DNA from: Chromera velia | Taxonomy: Eukaryota | Length of the DNA: 53,519 bases | Assembly: GCA_018398765.1 (NCBI GenBank) | Contig: JAHBMJ010000220.1 | Coordinates: 1 to 53,519 of the forward strand | Reading direction: 5' to 3' | Shown: in pieces, positions 1 through 34,050 of the stretch | Layout of the letters: each line of letters starts with the position of its first letter | Numbering within the stretch: the first letter of the stretch is position 1 | Notes under the pieces: model-generated | Seen by the model: only the letters and a program-made list of their open reading frames with translations | Database searches by the model: none | Told to the model about the DNA's origin: nothing | Position numbers and translations under genes: made by a program

Positions 1-204
1 CTTACCTCAAATATCAAATATTTGAGGTTGAAGCTCAAATCAAATCAAATCAAATCAAATATAATCAAATCAAACATGGTCACTATGAGGAACCCTAAGA
101 GGTTAACCTCAAATCTTACCTCAAATATCAAATATTTGAGGTTGAAGCTCAAATCAAATCAAATCAAATCAAATCAAATATAATCAAATCAAACATGGTC
201 ACTA
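1..204. repeat. Tandem duplication (~114-bp period) containing (TCAAA)n and a CCTCAAATATCAAATATTTGAGG hairpin
   Basis: 1-85 recurs at 115-204 with one extra TCAAA unit; probably truncated by the window edge. Confidence 0.85.
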
Positions 205-614
205 AGTTTAGCTAAGATGTGTATATTAGTGTGTATTCGTAGATAGATCATAATGAACAAAGTTTTGTATTTATTAATTATATTACTATATCACATTGAA
301 CTTAATGATTGAAGAAGCTCTAGCCTAGGCTCTAGCATATTTTTCTACAAGCATACAAGTAATTAAATGCAATCGGCTTTATTGGAACTCGGTGAGTCAG
401 ACTCCACCAGAAATCGTGTTCTGCGTCATTGCCCATGGGTCTACGAATCTAGCTAAGATGAAGTCCTTTGCGGTTGAAGATCTCTCGAACTGCAGGGTGC
501 CAGAACACCTATAGCAGCAGACTTCCCACCGTAGCTGCTGAATTTCGGACCAGGCCACGCGATTTGTCTGCCATTGGCTCTGACGCTCCAACATCCTTCA
601 ACCTGGTCGCACGC

Positions 615-1415
615 TCAGAGAGATTGGAAGGGGAGGCGCCAACACGCTTCTGCGCCTTCTCTGACAAGCGCAACAGCGTCCTCACTTGCACCCTCAACAC
701 GAAGGCCGGTGTCAGAAGGCAGACGAATCCAGGAACGAATCGGGTGGTTTCCAAATTCCGAAACAAAAGAACCATTGACAACAAATATTTCTCTTCCCCC
801 CTCAACCGGTGCCAGAAGGGCACTTGCCGGGACCTTCCAGAGAAATTGGGTGTCGGTTCCCCCCTCACCGGCAGCATACAAAATTTTCTTTCCCTCGCTA
901 TCCCACGGCAACTCGGCTGTTTGGATTGCCTTTTGAGGACGCGACGAACCCGGGTATTGACGGAGGCGGACAAAAATCAAATTGCCACCTTCATCGGTAG
1001 ACGGCTGGTGCTCGAAGCCCTCTGGGTTGAGCAGGAAGGTCCCGCTTGTGTGGTCTCCCCTCAAGTCTTTAAAGACTCCATCAAGTACAAGAATTTCCTC
1101 TCCCTCAGGATGCGGATGCAAAGGAAAGGAAGCGTTCGGTCGGTACCGAACAAGTGAAGTAACGCGACCGCTTTCCCAGGGTCCATTGCGAAAAAACCGT
1201 TTTCTTTCCACTTTGGCAGCTGGGCCTGAGGAGCGCCATTCGAGCTTCTCAGGGTCCACAATCACCACCGAGTCTGCATTGTGAAAGTTCAACCCGTATT
1301 CATCCCCTTCATCCGCAGCAGGCGGGGCAGGGGACTTGGGTGCTTCTACTGCTGTACCGTTTTTCTCAACCTCCGCTGCCGGCGATGAGGACGACATCTG
1401 ATTCTGCAAATCCAT
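615..1415 (-). CDS. ChrR-like (Cupin_7) cupin-domain protein, intronless
   Basis: 266-aa ORF with ChrR-type segments GRVTSLVRYRPNASFPLHPHPEGEEILVLDGVF and GTFLLNPEGFEHQP...LIFVRLRQY, followed by a degenerate second cupin (GGREIFVVNGSF). The true start may be the ATG at 1397. Confidence 0.85.
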   Translation of the reverse strand: MDLQNQMSSSSPAAEVEKNGTAVEAPKSPAPPAADEGDEYGLNFHNADSVVIVDPEKLEWRSSGPAAKVERKRFFRNGPWESGRVTSLVRYRPNASFPLHPHPEGEEILVLDGVFKDLRGDHTSGTFLLNPEGFEHQPSTDEGGNLIFVRLRQYPGSSRPQKAIQTAELPWDSEGKKILYAAGEGGTDTQFLWKVPASALLAPVEGGREIFVVNGSFVSEFGNHPIRSWIRLPSDTGLRVEGASEDAVALVREGAEACWRLPFQSL

Positions 1416-2212
1416 CGCTCAAGTCCTTCTGTGGAGCTACCGTTCCTGAAAATTGTTTTTTCTCTTAGTTTCTCGATAATGATTGAGGGTTCGGTGTGAT
1501 GGATGGATGCGGCACAAGTCCTACTGCAACAACAACTTAGGAAAGACCGGACCACGTGGGTGCAAACACCGACAGATCGAAAGGTGGCAGATCGTGTCAG
1601 ATTCGTCAGATCACGGTGGCTAGTAAGCTTCGGTGTAACTGGATCCTACTGGAGCCACCATGAGCCACCGTGAAGAAAAGAGAAGGAGATGGTATTGCAT
1701 TATATTCATAATACGTTATTCTCGAAGACGTCAATACGTATTAAATACATCGGACTCAGAAGGCTCGGAGACGTTGAGAAACAGGCCGGCAAAATTCCGG
1801 GCAAATTAACGCGATGGTATATAGACCGCGTAGACGGGCATCCATCGTTCCGCGCGCCCGTCCGTCCCGACGTGTCGCCCGTCCGTCCCGACGTGTCCGC
1901 GCGAGACGGCCGGACCCCGATGGCCCGGGCCGCGGAGATTCCGTTTTCTTTCTCACGTACCCAGTGTGGGCGAAAACCTAGCGGCTCTCCGGGCTCCCTT
2001 GTCAAAGTGGTTGGGATCCGAGACTGTTTCTGTAATATCGTGTGCATGGGGGTCCTTCTGAGCTGTTTTTGCAGTGCGGGCTGGTAGCAGCAAGCTGAAA
2101 GCGGATGATCTTGTAAGAGCTTTGAAGAGCTTCCTAAAATTTCACGTTTCTTCGGTATCTTCTCCCGTCTCCTCGCTTCATTCATATCTCTATTCCCTTT
2201 TCAAGCACGAAG
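1416..2212. promoter_or_regulatory. Putative bidirectional promoter region (GC-rich core with 21-bp tandem duplication at 1856-1897)
   Basis: About 800 bp between divergent cupin and RPA2 starts; GCCCGTCCGTCCCGACGTGTC occurs twice. Function inferred from position only. Confidence 0.4.
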
Positions 2213-24280
<22,068 letters not shown>

Positions 24281-24670
24281 ATAGAGATGTGATGTAAAAT
24301 GATGTGGCAAATTAGTCGGCCATGCAATAAATTTCAGTTTGTTGTGCTATACGTATGATAATTTACATTAATTTTGAGTAACAGTAGTATAGTACCTAGA
24401 CTCCGGTCCTAGAGTCTAGCCTAGACTGGAGGCTAAAATTGTAGAAAACACACATATTGCAAACGGATATATAGTAAACACTAAAGTAAACATCTCTCTC
24501 CGGATTATATGTTTCAATACTAATGCTTGCTACATATACCATGCTGTTAATTAGTGTGAGTGCGTACTAGCTATCAGTAACTCTTTTTAAATCAGGAGAA
24601 ATAAGGCTTTAAAAGCTATATGCCTAGTTATATGCATTTTTATGGATTTTAATGATATTGAATCAAGCAT

Positions 24671-26570
24671 TTGATTGATTGATTGATTGATATGTTCCGC
24701 CCTAGGGCCTTCCCGCTATGTCTATCTGTCCTGGCCCAGATTTAAACGATCGATCGATTCTAAAGCAATTCGAAGAGTCGAATTAATGATTAGTGGTACC
24801 TTAGAGCACTGTCGCCGTTTTGTCTTATAGAGGTCGCCCCCGCAAACAGCAGGGGGGTGTACCTCATCGCTAAGGCTCAGACCACACCCCGTGGCCCACC
24901 TGGTTTCCCAGGCCGCTAACAATCAACAATCTATCTGCGCTTTGCATGCTTTAGTCTATGGGCTGCTCAGAAGGGACTGCTCCAAAAATTGATCCAATGA
25001 CACAGGACGAAAGGACACTTTGGCTTTGTGCACGCCCTCTCTCCATTCTTCTCTCAGCGATTTTTCCTTCTCCCTCCCTCAGCTATCTTCCTGCTTCCAT
25101 TGCTTTCAGGATGGTCTTGTATTCTTCTTTTCTTCTTTCCGTTCCTCCCTTTCTTTTTCTGATCACTTCGTGTCTCTGTGTCAGCATTGTTTCATCTAAC
25201 GAGCTTCCAGGTGCGTACCTTCCTGGGCTTTCCTTGAACACTCTTTTTCTGAACGCTGCCCTCCCCAGAAACTTATCCACTGCACTATGCCCTTCGTTCA
25301 TCAAGAATTTGAACAGAGCCTCAGTGTGCAGTCTTCCTCTTTGTCCTTCTCTTTTTTCTCTGCAAATTTCTCTTGCTCTTTTTTCTCTTCCTTTGTTCCA
25401 GTCTGCTCCCAATGTTCTATACATGTGCGCTCTTTCTCTATCATAAATTGAACACTCAGTTACCATATAGATCTCGTCCTCCAACACCTCTGTTTCCATC
25501 CATCCTTTGCAATAAGGGCAGAGTCTCTCCTCCAACAGCATTCTCTGCCCTCCTCTTTCTGGCACTTTTCCCTTTGTTCCCGCTAACGTCCTGTCTCTTA
25601 CTCTGCAGGCTGCTCTCCTTCTATGTTCTTCTCTTGGTGCTACCTTTCTATAAGAAAAGGGCACCCGTCCCAGTTTTTCTTTCTCTATTTTCATTCCCTC
25701 TCTTGGTCTATCTTCTGACGCCTTTTCAAACAAAATGAGCTGCAATTTGTTTCCGTTTGCTTTTGTTCGGTGCATGTGTGCCATATAGACTTTTCTTCCT
25801 TTTTCTCTCTCTCTTCTATCTCTCTCTCTCACTCCCCTCTCAATTCTCTACCTGAAGATTTCTTTCTTCTTCAATTTTATTTCTTTATCTGTCTTGCTTG
25901 CAATCCATCTTTCCATCCTATCTACTCTTTCATTCACTGCGTGTGTCCCTATCTCTCCTGGCTGGCTTGCGAGCTTCTCTTTTGAAAAAGGATGAAGGCC
26001 TCTCTCTGTGAATAGTGTCTGTGTGCATTTCTTCAAGTGCAGAAAGAAGTGAAAGGGATGCAACTCTGTTCTTCTTCCCCTCTTCAGTTCATCCACCACT
26101 CCTCCTCTCAAGCAATGAATGACAGCCTGCCCAATCACCTCCTTCTTCTTTTCTTTTAGTGCCTTTCTTGCCCATCTGATCGTCCTCTCTGCCACTTCAA
26201 TGTCAATTGGAAACATCCCCCCCTCCATCAATATAGTGTCTGCGCTTTCTGTCTTCCTTAGCCCCAAGACCCCTCACAAAGCGTCTTTGTTTTTCGTCGA
26301 ATTCTGCACAGGTCCTGTCTGTGCATGGGTGTATCTCACATTCATACATCCACACTGCACGTCTGATTAAACAAATGAAAACATTCTGCCGGCGGCACAG
26401 CTGGCCCTCTATCAATCTTTACACGCATCTCTCTGCTCTCACTGCTCTGTCTGCCATCATTACATCGAAGTCGCAGTTTGAGGGAAGAACCAGACCCAAA
26501 AATGGCTGTGCTTTCTCTTCTTTCAGTACCATGCTGCCTATTCTGATCCTACAGGGAGGCACTCGGAAAT
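24671..26570 (-). mobile_element. 5'-truncated, degenerate non-LTR retrotransposon (3' part of ORF2, 3' UTR, (TCAA)n tail)
   Basis: Broken minus-strand frames read from the RT end (IRIGSMVLKEEKAQPFLG) through FDEKQRRFVR..LGLRKTES..TILMEGG to a LINE C-terminal knuckle-like ERLCPYC..VLEDEIYMVTECSIY (25083-25832); (TTGA)5 at 24671-24690 fits a 3' tail. Confidence 0.75.
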
Positions 26571-27137
26571 ATAGATGTGGTTATCGAACGACTTTATAGT
26601 AGCAATCTAAGCTCTAAAACATTTAAAATAAACTCCAAACTTATTTTATAAGCAAAAGAAGTTCTAAAAAATAAAACAATGACACTTTTAGAGTATTAGT
26701 TGAAGGTTTTTACTCGGTTCGAGCTTAAAAACTATACGTCTCCACCTCTAGGTTCTTAGGTTCCTAGAACCTAGGTTCTAGCCTTTTCAGTCTGACCTAG
26801 AGTCTGACCCTCTAAGAACCCCAAAAAACCCGTCCAAAACCAGTTATGAAACATTGAACACAATGAAAATATTTAAAAGTTTGTTCACCAATCCGACTGG
26901 AAAACATTGGAAAAGGACTGTGAGAGGTAGAGGGAAAACGTTGGAAAAAGGGGGGGACATTGAAGATGACGAGTAGGTGGGATAGATGTAGAGATCCCCA
27001 TTAAGTTGGATGACACACCAGAGGGAGAAAAACTCGAAAGTTTGCAGGAGCAGATTCAAACAGAAGACGCAGCACAAGAACAGTCCCTTTCTGTCTTTAC
27101 ACGAGCGGTGACAACACCTGAAGAGAAGTAAGGGGGG

Positions 27138-27758
27138 GTGACAGGGATTGTCTTCTTTGAAGTACCAAACCACGGTATAATGTGGTCTATTAGAATGTGG
27201 TTGAGTGCGGTTTGTGCTCTTTTGTATCAAGAAAAGTTGCCAAACGATCGGGGGGTGAGAGTGCGTACGAAGTCCCACAGTCAGGCATTGATTCGGAAAG
27301 GCGAGTATTCTATTATGGTAGGACAACTCGTGGTGTGCCAGTATGATAAGGGTGAAGGCTTGGAGAGAAAACTGAGTTGGTACGTTTCCAAGGTGGTGAA
27401 CATTTTATCATGGAATGACAAGAAGAAAGCTTTTGAGCCCTCAGAGTTGCGAGCGATTGCATACGTCGAACATGAAGAAAGGGACCTAGATGAACTGTAC
27501 TGGATTGCTGTGTATACATATCCTGAGTCCGACAAGGCTTCGACCAACTTAGCCGACATGTGCGCTTTCTCTCTCCTTTGGCAGTTAAGCCAAAACAGGA
27601 AGCTTAAAAAGATTCACGTCGATAACGTCCCACTTTCTTCTATGTTTTTTTATATTCAGCATGCGCATAAAATGAATGAAACCGTCTTCATGAAAGATGA
27701 AGAGCTTGCTTGTCTTGTAAGTCTGTTTGAAGAGAAGAAAAAGCGAGTTGACAGCTGA
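27138..27758 (+). CDS. Hypothetical protein, possibly a transposon-derived fragment
   Basis: 206-codon non-repetitive ORF without an ATG at its start, in AT-rich flanks; VGQLVVCQYD...WYVSKV is loosely Tudor-like. Family not recognised. Confidence 0.35.
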   Translation: MTGIVFFEVPNHGIMWSIRMWLSAVCALLYQEKLPNDRGVRVRTKSHSQALIRKGEYSIMVGQLVVCQYDKGEGLERKLSWYVSKVVNILSWNDKKKAFEPSELRAIAYVEHEERDLDELYWIAVYTYPESDKASTNLADMCAFSLLWQLSQNRKLKKIHVDNVPLSSMFFYIQHAHKMNETVFMKDEELACLVSLFEEKKKRVDS

Positions 27759-28107
27759 GTTTTATGATTTTGATGGTCAATTTTAGCATATGTAAGCATC
27801 TGTCTTTTTTGTTTGGATCATTTTAATCATCTAAATTAGCTTTTTAGTCTTTTTGAAGCTTTAGGGGGAGGGTTCTTCATGGTTCTTATAGGTTTTTATC
27901 TAGGTTTCTAGAACCTAGATTCTAGCGGTTTCTCTAGAGAGTAAGAACCAAATGATGGAGACACCACTTTGACGCAACATAGACTTGATTCTTCTTTAAA
28001 GAACCTTTAAGAATGTGAAAGAACCTTATACTAACGAGTCTAAAAAAGCAAAAAACAGTGTTAGAACCTATTAGAACCTATGTTATATCATCTTCAATTA
28101 CAGTATA

Positions 28108-28626
28108 AACATGTACGGTACGAGGGTTCTACCTAGGAGTGCTGCCCCATAGATTCTGATCTCTTCTGTCTGCCTTTGCCTTCCAAACCTCAGTACTCTC
28201 GATTTGTCAGAAAAGAGGAGACGGAGCGGCTCTGTGTACTTCCTCAATCCCTCTAGCAGTTTGTTCAATTCTCTGTTTGTTGCATTGAGCAAAGTCGTAT
28301 CGTTTACAAATAATATGGAGAAAAAATCTATCTACCTCCCATCCTCTCCGACCGGTACTTTCAGTCTTTCTCCCTGTTTTCCTATTCTCCTTCTCCCAGC
28401 CCTCCCTTCCTTTCTTACTCTCTCTGACAGGTCGTGTACGTATCTTTTGAAAAAAGGGGGCCCACTGGACCCCCTTTGTTTCGTCCCTATCTGTTCTGGA
28501 TACCACTTTCCTGTCCCTTTTACTCTTGCTCTTACTTTCTCGAGCGATGACAAGGCCCATCGGTTTAGCTGCTCTGAAACCCCTGCCTCTCTCAGTTGCT
28601 GCTTAAGCTTGCTATGCCTAACTTCA
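28108..28626 (-). pseudogene. Degenerate non-LTR reverse transcriptase fragment (domains ~3-7)
   Basis: One frame reads EVRHSKLKQQLREAGV..IGTKQRGSSGPPFFKRYVHDL..*..ILFVNDTTLL..ELNKLLEGL..DKSRVLRFG, matching RT motifs (AFD)xVxHxxL..G, GxxQGxxLSPxLF and (Y/F)ADD; internal TAG at 28332-28334. Confidence 0.8.
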
Positions 28627-29145
28627 TCCCGCTATATCTATCTGTCCCGGCCCAGATTTAAACGCTCGATCGATTCTAAAGCAATTCGAAGAGTCGAAGT
28701 AGATTTCCCCCTTATAATTTTTAGTCTTTTACAAAATTATTAATCATTGTGACACTGCCACGGTAAAGCCTTTTCCCCGAGCAAGCCGTTTTCCGTGAGC
28801 GAGCCGTTCTCGTTGTAGCCAGCATGAACACAGAAGTTTGTTGCTTGACTCGCGAGAGAAGATCGTGCAGTATTGACAGAGAACGACTGATCTGAAAGTA
28901 TAATGAGTCATGTTACTTTAACTCAGACATAAGAGCCATACAGTGGTCTTCAAACGGCGCTAAGCATCACAAAGCAAGCACTCAAGCAATCCCAGTCTCT
29001 GCTTGTGGTATCTATGACTGATCTTCCAGTGCAGGTCGCGGAAATCATCAGCTCTCTGCAACACATTCAGAGAACACTTTTTTCCGTCTCCAGTGTTTCC
29101 GTCTCCAAGGATGAAGAGACAAACTTGTAAGAATGCAGCTCCGGA

Positions 29146-30330
29146 ATGAACCTTCAAGAGACGGGCAAGCCTAGTAGCGTTTCCTTTCGCAAGTCAACCA
29201 GAAGAGGCAAGTGCTGGTCGAGATTGCAGTGGCTCCACACGCTAAGCCTTCAAGGAGAGGGAAATGGTAGAAACGAATACTTCCCCTCGTCGCGTCCTTC
29301 CAGCAACCTATCAGCCACAGCTTGTCCATGGTATCCATATTGTCCAAGGCCTTTCCACCAGGCTCTTAACAAGGCCAGAGGCTTTGGAAGCAACGCCACA
29401 GCAGATGCTCAGTTGCGTGTGCTTTCCACGAGACTGTCCCACCAAGTGAACCACCTTCACGTCTCTCCTCCCCCCAACTGTAATGTCACGGTGCACAGCG
29501 AGGTCTTGCGCAAGACACCCAGTCCAGGTCAACCTGCAAGTGCAGAACAAGACAGTCACCCTGTTGTGACAGTTCTAACTGCAGGAAGCCATCCGGTCCC
29601 CACATCTCCAGATAAAGACTCCGTCTTTCCGCCTATATACGAGACTGTCCCCATCTCTAAACCCGTAGACCGTGACTCGATCGTTCCACGCGCAGCCGTC
29701 TCAAGCCTCACGTCTTCTAGCACGTCTTCTTTGATAGCGGAACCGACCTTTGCATCTCGCAACACTTCTGCAGCGCCGGCTACCCTGCAATGCTGGCAAT
29801 GCAAAGACAACAGTGTGGGAAAGCTAGGCGGAAAAGAGGTGCAGCCAGTGCAAAGTTGCAACTTATTGTAGCGTTGCATGTCAGAAGGTTCACTAGAAGA
29901 CTCACAGAGCGAAATGCGACAGAGAGTGGGCGGGACACGCTATGAATGGCACAAAGAAGGAGATAGATAGTGTAGAAGCGCTGGACTTCTTGAAGAGAGT
30001 CGAGATAGCAACTAAAGCAAGGAAGCAGGAGCTTGTTAACGAGCAAGTGGTGAACTTTGCAGTTGACTGTCTCTGCATCGATGGGCCCATCAAGACAATT
30101 AGCCAAGACAGGGATCGAACGGATGTGCAGAGAGACGTTCGACTTGCTCAGCTGATCAAAGGGGCACTAGACGCACTCGCAGCGCTCCCCAACCAGATGG
30201 TGGAGGATGCATTGGATAAAGACCCCAAAGAAAGCCTCTAAGATGATTTGCTTCGTCTGCTCTGCCACATTGCCGAACAAGACGTCATGCCGGAAAGGGT
30301 GAAAGCATAAGCAACGCGCCTTTACTGGAG
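29146..30330 (+). pseudogene. MYND zinc-finger protein pseudogene
   Basis: CWQC (29791), then after a frameshift KRCSQCKVATYCSVACQKVH*KTHRAKC (to 29917), the MYND signature. The frame continues into ORF 29942-30241 and through TAA stops at 30239 and 30308 to a GTATGC donor at 30331. Confidence 0.8.
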
Positions 30331-30564
30331 GTATGCAGTGTCAAAGAAGGGTGACACTATGGTTGCGTGTGGTTGAAGCCGTGGGTCAAAGTTTTTGTGT
30401 CACAGTGACTCTGCATGCTTCTCAGACGGTTTGTTCATCAATCGATGGTGAATTTCTTTTTCTTCTCATTCAGTCTCTATCTTCTTTCTTTTTTTTTTCC
30501 TTTTTTAGACTTAGAGTGTGAAACCTGTCTTTCTTGTCACTCCTTCTATCACTTCACCTCTATT

Positions 30565-31110
30565 AGTCAGACAGAACGATAAGAAGCAACCCATAAGAAG
30601 AGAGAGGGTTTTCCATTCCCATCTGTGTGTCTCGGGAAAAGAACGTTCATGGTGACTCTGGAAAGTGTGAAAGAAAAGAGAAGTGAACTCTCGATTTCCC
30701 TTTCCTTTTTCTTCTCTGTTTGAAAGTTTCTTTTCTGCAACTTTTTCTGTCACCTCACCCTTTTTGAGTTGGACAGAACAACAGGAAGCAATCCACAAGA
30801 AGAGAGAGGGTCTTCCATTCCCCTCTGTGCGTCTTGGGAAAAGAATGTTCTCAGTTACTCAGAAAAGTGTGAAAGAAAACAGAAGAGTACTTCTCTGTTT
30901 TTCTCACTTAGTCTCAATTCTTCGTTCTTTTTTCTCGCTCTAGTTGAAGTTTCCTTTCTTGATACTCTCCTTGACAGTGTTATTTTATCTTTCTGAGTTA
31001 GACAGAACGACAAAAAGCAACCTATAAGAAGAGAGAGGGCTTTACCGTTCCCCTTTATGCGTCTCGGGAAAAGAAACGTTCTTGGTTACTCTGAAAAGTA
31101 TGAAATAAAC
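30565..31110. repeat. Three diverged copies of a ~110-bp core (period ~200-230 bp)
   Basis: GACAGAAC..AAGCAA..AAGAAGAGAGAGGG..GGGAAAAGAA..ACTC..AAAGT.TGAAA starts near 30566, 30766 and 30995. Confidence 0.8.
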
Positions 31111-31833
31111 GTGTTCTCTCTCTTACTTGGTCTTAATCTCTTCTCTCAATTCTTTTTCCCCTTTTCACTCTTGCGTTTCAGCACTAAAAGTCATTTCACT
31201 TTTGGTAGCCTTTTGCCCCTCTGCCAGATGGCCTCAGATCGGAACGAGAAAGCCATTCAGATAAAAGAAAAATGATGCCGCGTGTGCTTTTTCTTCAATT
31301 GTAAACTGTTTACGGCACAGGCTTGACCTGTGCAGGCCGGCTAGGGAGGTCTGATGTGTCTAGACGCTTTCCTTGGGAGCTGCACGTCGGACATTCGGCA
31401 TTGGGGCGGGAGGCCAATCCTCCGGACATAAATAAAATTATATGTTCCAGATACTACACAGTGCGGTAATATTTTTTTTGAGACTGTATGAAATGCAAAC
31501 TGGATCGAGTGCTAAATCAATATCATTTTTTTATTTTTCTTAGATATTCTTAGAATTAAAATTTTAGAGAATCGATAGTCTAGAATTTAATAAAAATTTT
31601 AATCTGGTTTTGTTTAAGTTTTAAAATGAAGCTTAATTATTAACTCCTATATAAATTTATCATTTGTTTCATTTAATATTTATCATATATAATTTATGAA
31701 TACGATTTTTAGCTATATGATGATGATTGAGGGTTAAATTAGTTTTTACTGTCTAAATCACAGATCTATATTATTAAAATTTTTGAGTTCATTTGCATTT
31801 TGTGAGCACCATTCTATGTCACATCATCATGGA

Positions 31834-34050
31834 CTAATACACATCGTGGTCACCGCCCCCGTCTCCTCCTGGGTCGGAGTCGTCGTCTCTCTCGAGATGG
31901 TCGTAGTGATTGAAAGCGTAGTCCCCGTCTCCAAACTCACCGTCGTCGTCATCGCTGGCAAAGAGGTCGGCATCCGAGAGAGCTGCATGGATTCAAAGCA
32001 AGGCACGGACAAAAAAAAAACAGACACAAGACGATTCATGACAAGGATTAGAGGGATGACCGAAGCGCGTGTGTGAGAGTGCGTGAAAAGCAGATTTGTT
32101 TTTTCACAAAAACGTCGGGAGAGGAAATTCAACAGAGAAGGGGCCTGAAACAGCATGAAGAACGCAGACGGAGAGAGCGCGAGGAAGGCACAACAGGAAA
32201 GAAGAAACTATTCGGATGTAAAGAACGCGTTCCTATTCCAGTCGATACGTCAAAGAGATCTCGACACAGGCAGACGAGAACTCTTAGACTCACCTTTTTC
32301 TCCCCCTGCCTCCTTCCTCTTTTTCTCCGCCTCCCTTTCTCTGTCTTCCAGATCTTTGTAGTTGATTGCCCCCTTCTTCCCCATCATTTCCTCCAGTTTC
32401 CTTTTTCGCAGCGCCTCCATTTGTTCCCTCGACCTCGCAAGCGATTCTTGCAGGAGCTCTTCTGGAAACACGGACCTGCTCTCACAAGCGAAGAGGGAAA
32501 CAAATCTCATGCTTTGCTGCGATGTAAATCATTCTGCAGTCCAACCCCCCAAAAAAAAAATCATTCGGCAGTCCAACCAAAAAAAAAAAAAAATCATTCT
32601 GCAGTCCAACCATGTTCGTTTTGTTGGAGTACGAGTCTAGCAGAGTTTCTTCAGGGAAAGTGAGCGAGTGAGGGAGTGCGCGCATGCGTATGTGAGGAAG
32701 TGTGCAAAGGACTGCAGTGGAATGCGGGGGGGAAATACAGGAGAACAAGACCAGGCCTTTTCATCCGACCGAAACACTTATGGACAGAAAAGCAGAGGAC
32801 GAAAATCTCGATCGGATTTTCAATCCGACCATCGGCAAAACCCCCGCCGGGTCCCACTTTCCGAATGCAGTGCGTCATGTCTCAGGGTCTACAGAAGTGA
32901 AGTGACTGGCGCAACCACCAGAAATGAAATGCAGGCGAAAGGAGGGAAAGGACTATCGATGGGAGAGGACCCAGAAGGGACTGCAACGCGAAGGGGGAAA
33001 AAACAAGAAGCATCTTAAGAAAAGAACGAAAATTGGTTTCTTGGCTGCTGCACGCCAGGCCAACCGGTCGGAAATGGCGAGAATCTCCTGAAGCCGGTTG
33101 CACTTTGTATTGGACGTCTGGGCTTTTCTGCTTGCCCAGGTCTCGATTTCTGTGGCTGCGTCTTGCTCCTTTGTGACTCTGAACACAGAACTAGTCCAAA
33201 AATTCTGGAGGGAGCGCGCAAAGACCAGAAGCTTCTCTCCGTCCTGGTAGTCTGAAAACGGTTTCGGCTCCCTGCTCAGAGTCGGGTTGAAGGGATAAAG
33301 GGGCGGGTCTTCTCTCACGGGGCCTGCAAACAGCCAGCCAGACAGACAACAAGTGAGACAGACTATATCCTTTTTGCTTTTCCTTTTTCTCTTTCTTTCA
33401 TTCTCTTCTTGTTTTTTCTTTCTTCTTTTGGCGCGCTCTCCCAGTGGAAGGGAATCAGAGCTCCAGGCCTTCAGCGCACCCTGCGGAGCTTTCCTGCCCA
33501 GTGCAGGATTACGCTTTTGCACTTCCACATTCTTTCCATCTGAACGTGTTCGTTTCCTTTCTTGTCCTTTCGTTAAAACGAGGCAGACAGATACACAGAC
33601 ATGGACGCGAAAGAGAACCTTGAAAGAACTTCAAGATCAAGCACAAACGTGGGTGCAAAATTGAATATCAAGACGGCTCTATGCACGTTTTCGACAGATA
33701 TGCTTCGCGGTCTCATCGAATGTTCCCGTGAATGTCACAAGTGCAACCCGTCTACCTGAAGAGTCAAAGGCGTACCCTGTTTGTCTTTCGCAAATTCTTG
33801 AGCTGCCAACTGGGTCGGGTTTGCAGGAAAGCCCCTCCCTCGCCCCCTCCCTCTTCCCCCGCCTCGCCCCCCATGCATTTTCCTTCTCTCTGCACCTCAG
33901 AGAAGAAGCTCCGCGCGCACAGTGTCGGATTCTGGGCAACGTTGAACAGTGATCCGTCTCCGTGTTGCGACAGCGAGATCCAAGACACAAGTGTGAGCAC
34001 GAGCCACTGCGGGGCGCTGTGTTGTGCGTGTAACGATTCGCGCATGCAAA
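31834..34050 (-). CDS. Hypothetical multi-exon gene, 5' end uncertain
   Basis: Protein-like segments bounded by AG/GT: GPVREDPPLYPFNP.. (from 33323), FVSLFACESRSVFPEELLQESLARSREQMEALRKRKLEEM.. (~32293-32516), and a final acidic exon LSDADLFASDDDDGEFG..DHDVY* ending 31834. No family recognised. Confidence 0.5.

Noticed and set aside
468..1157. 229-aa plus-strand ORF
   Set aside because: Antisense shadow of the cupin gene; no recognisable motifs.
26747..27928. CTAGAACCTAG motifs flanking the 27138 ORF as element termini
   Set aside because: Short, self-palindromic, in CTAG-rich decayed DNA, with no TSD found.
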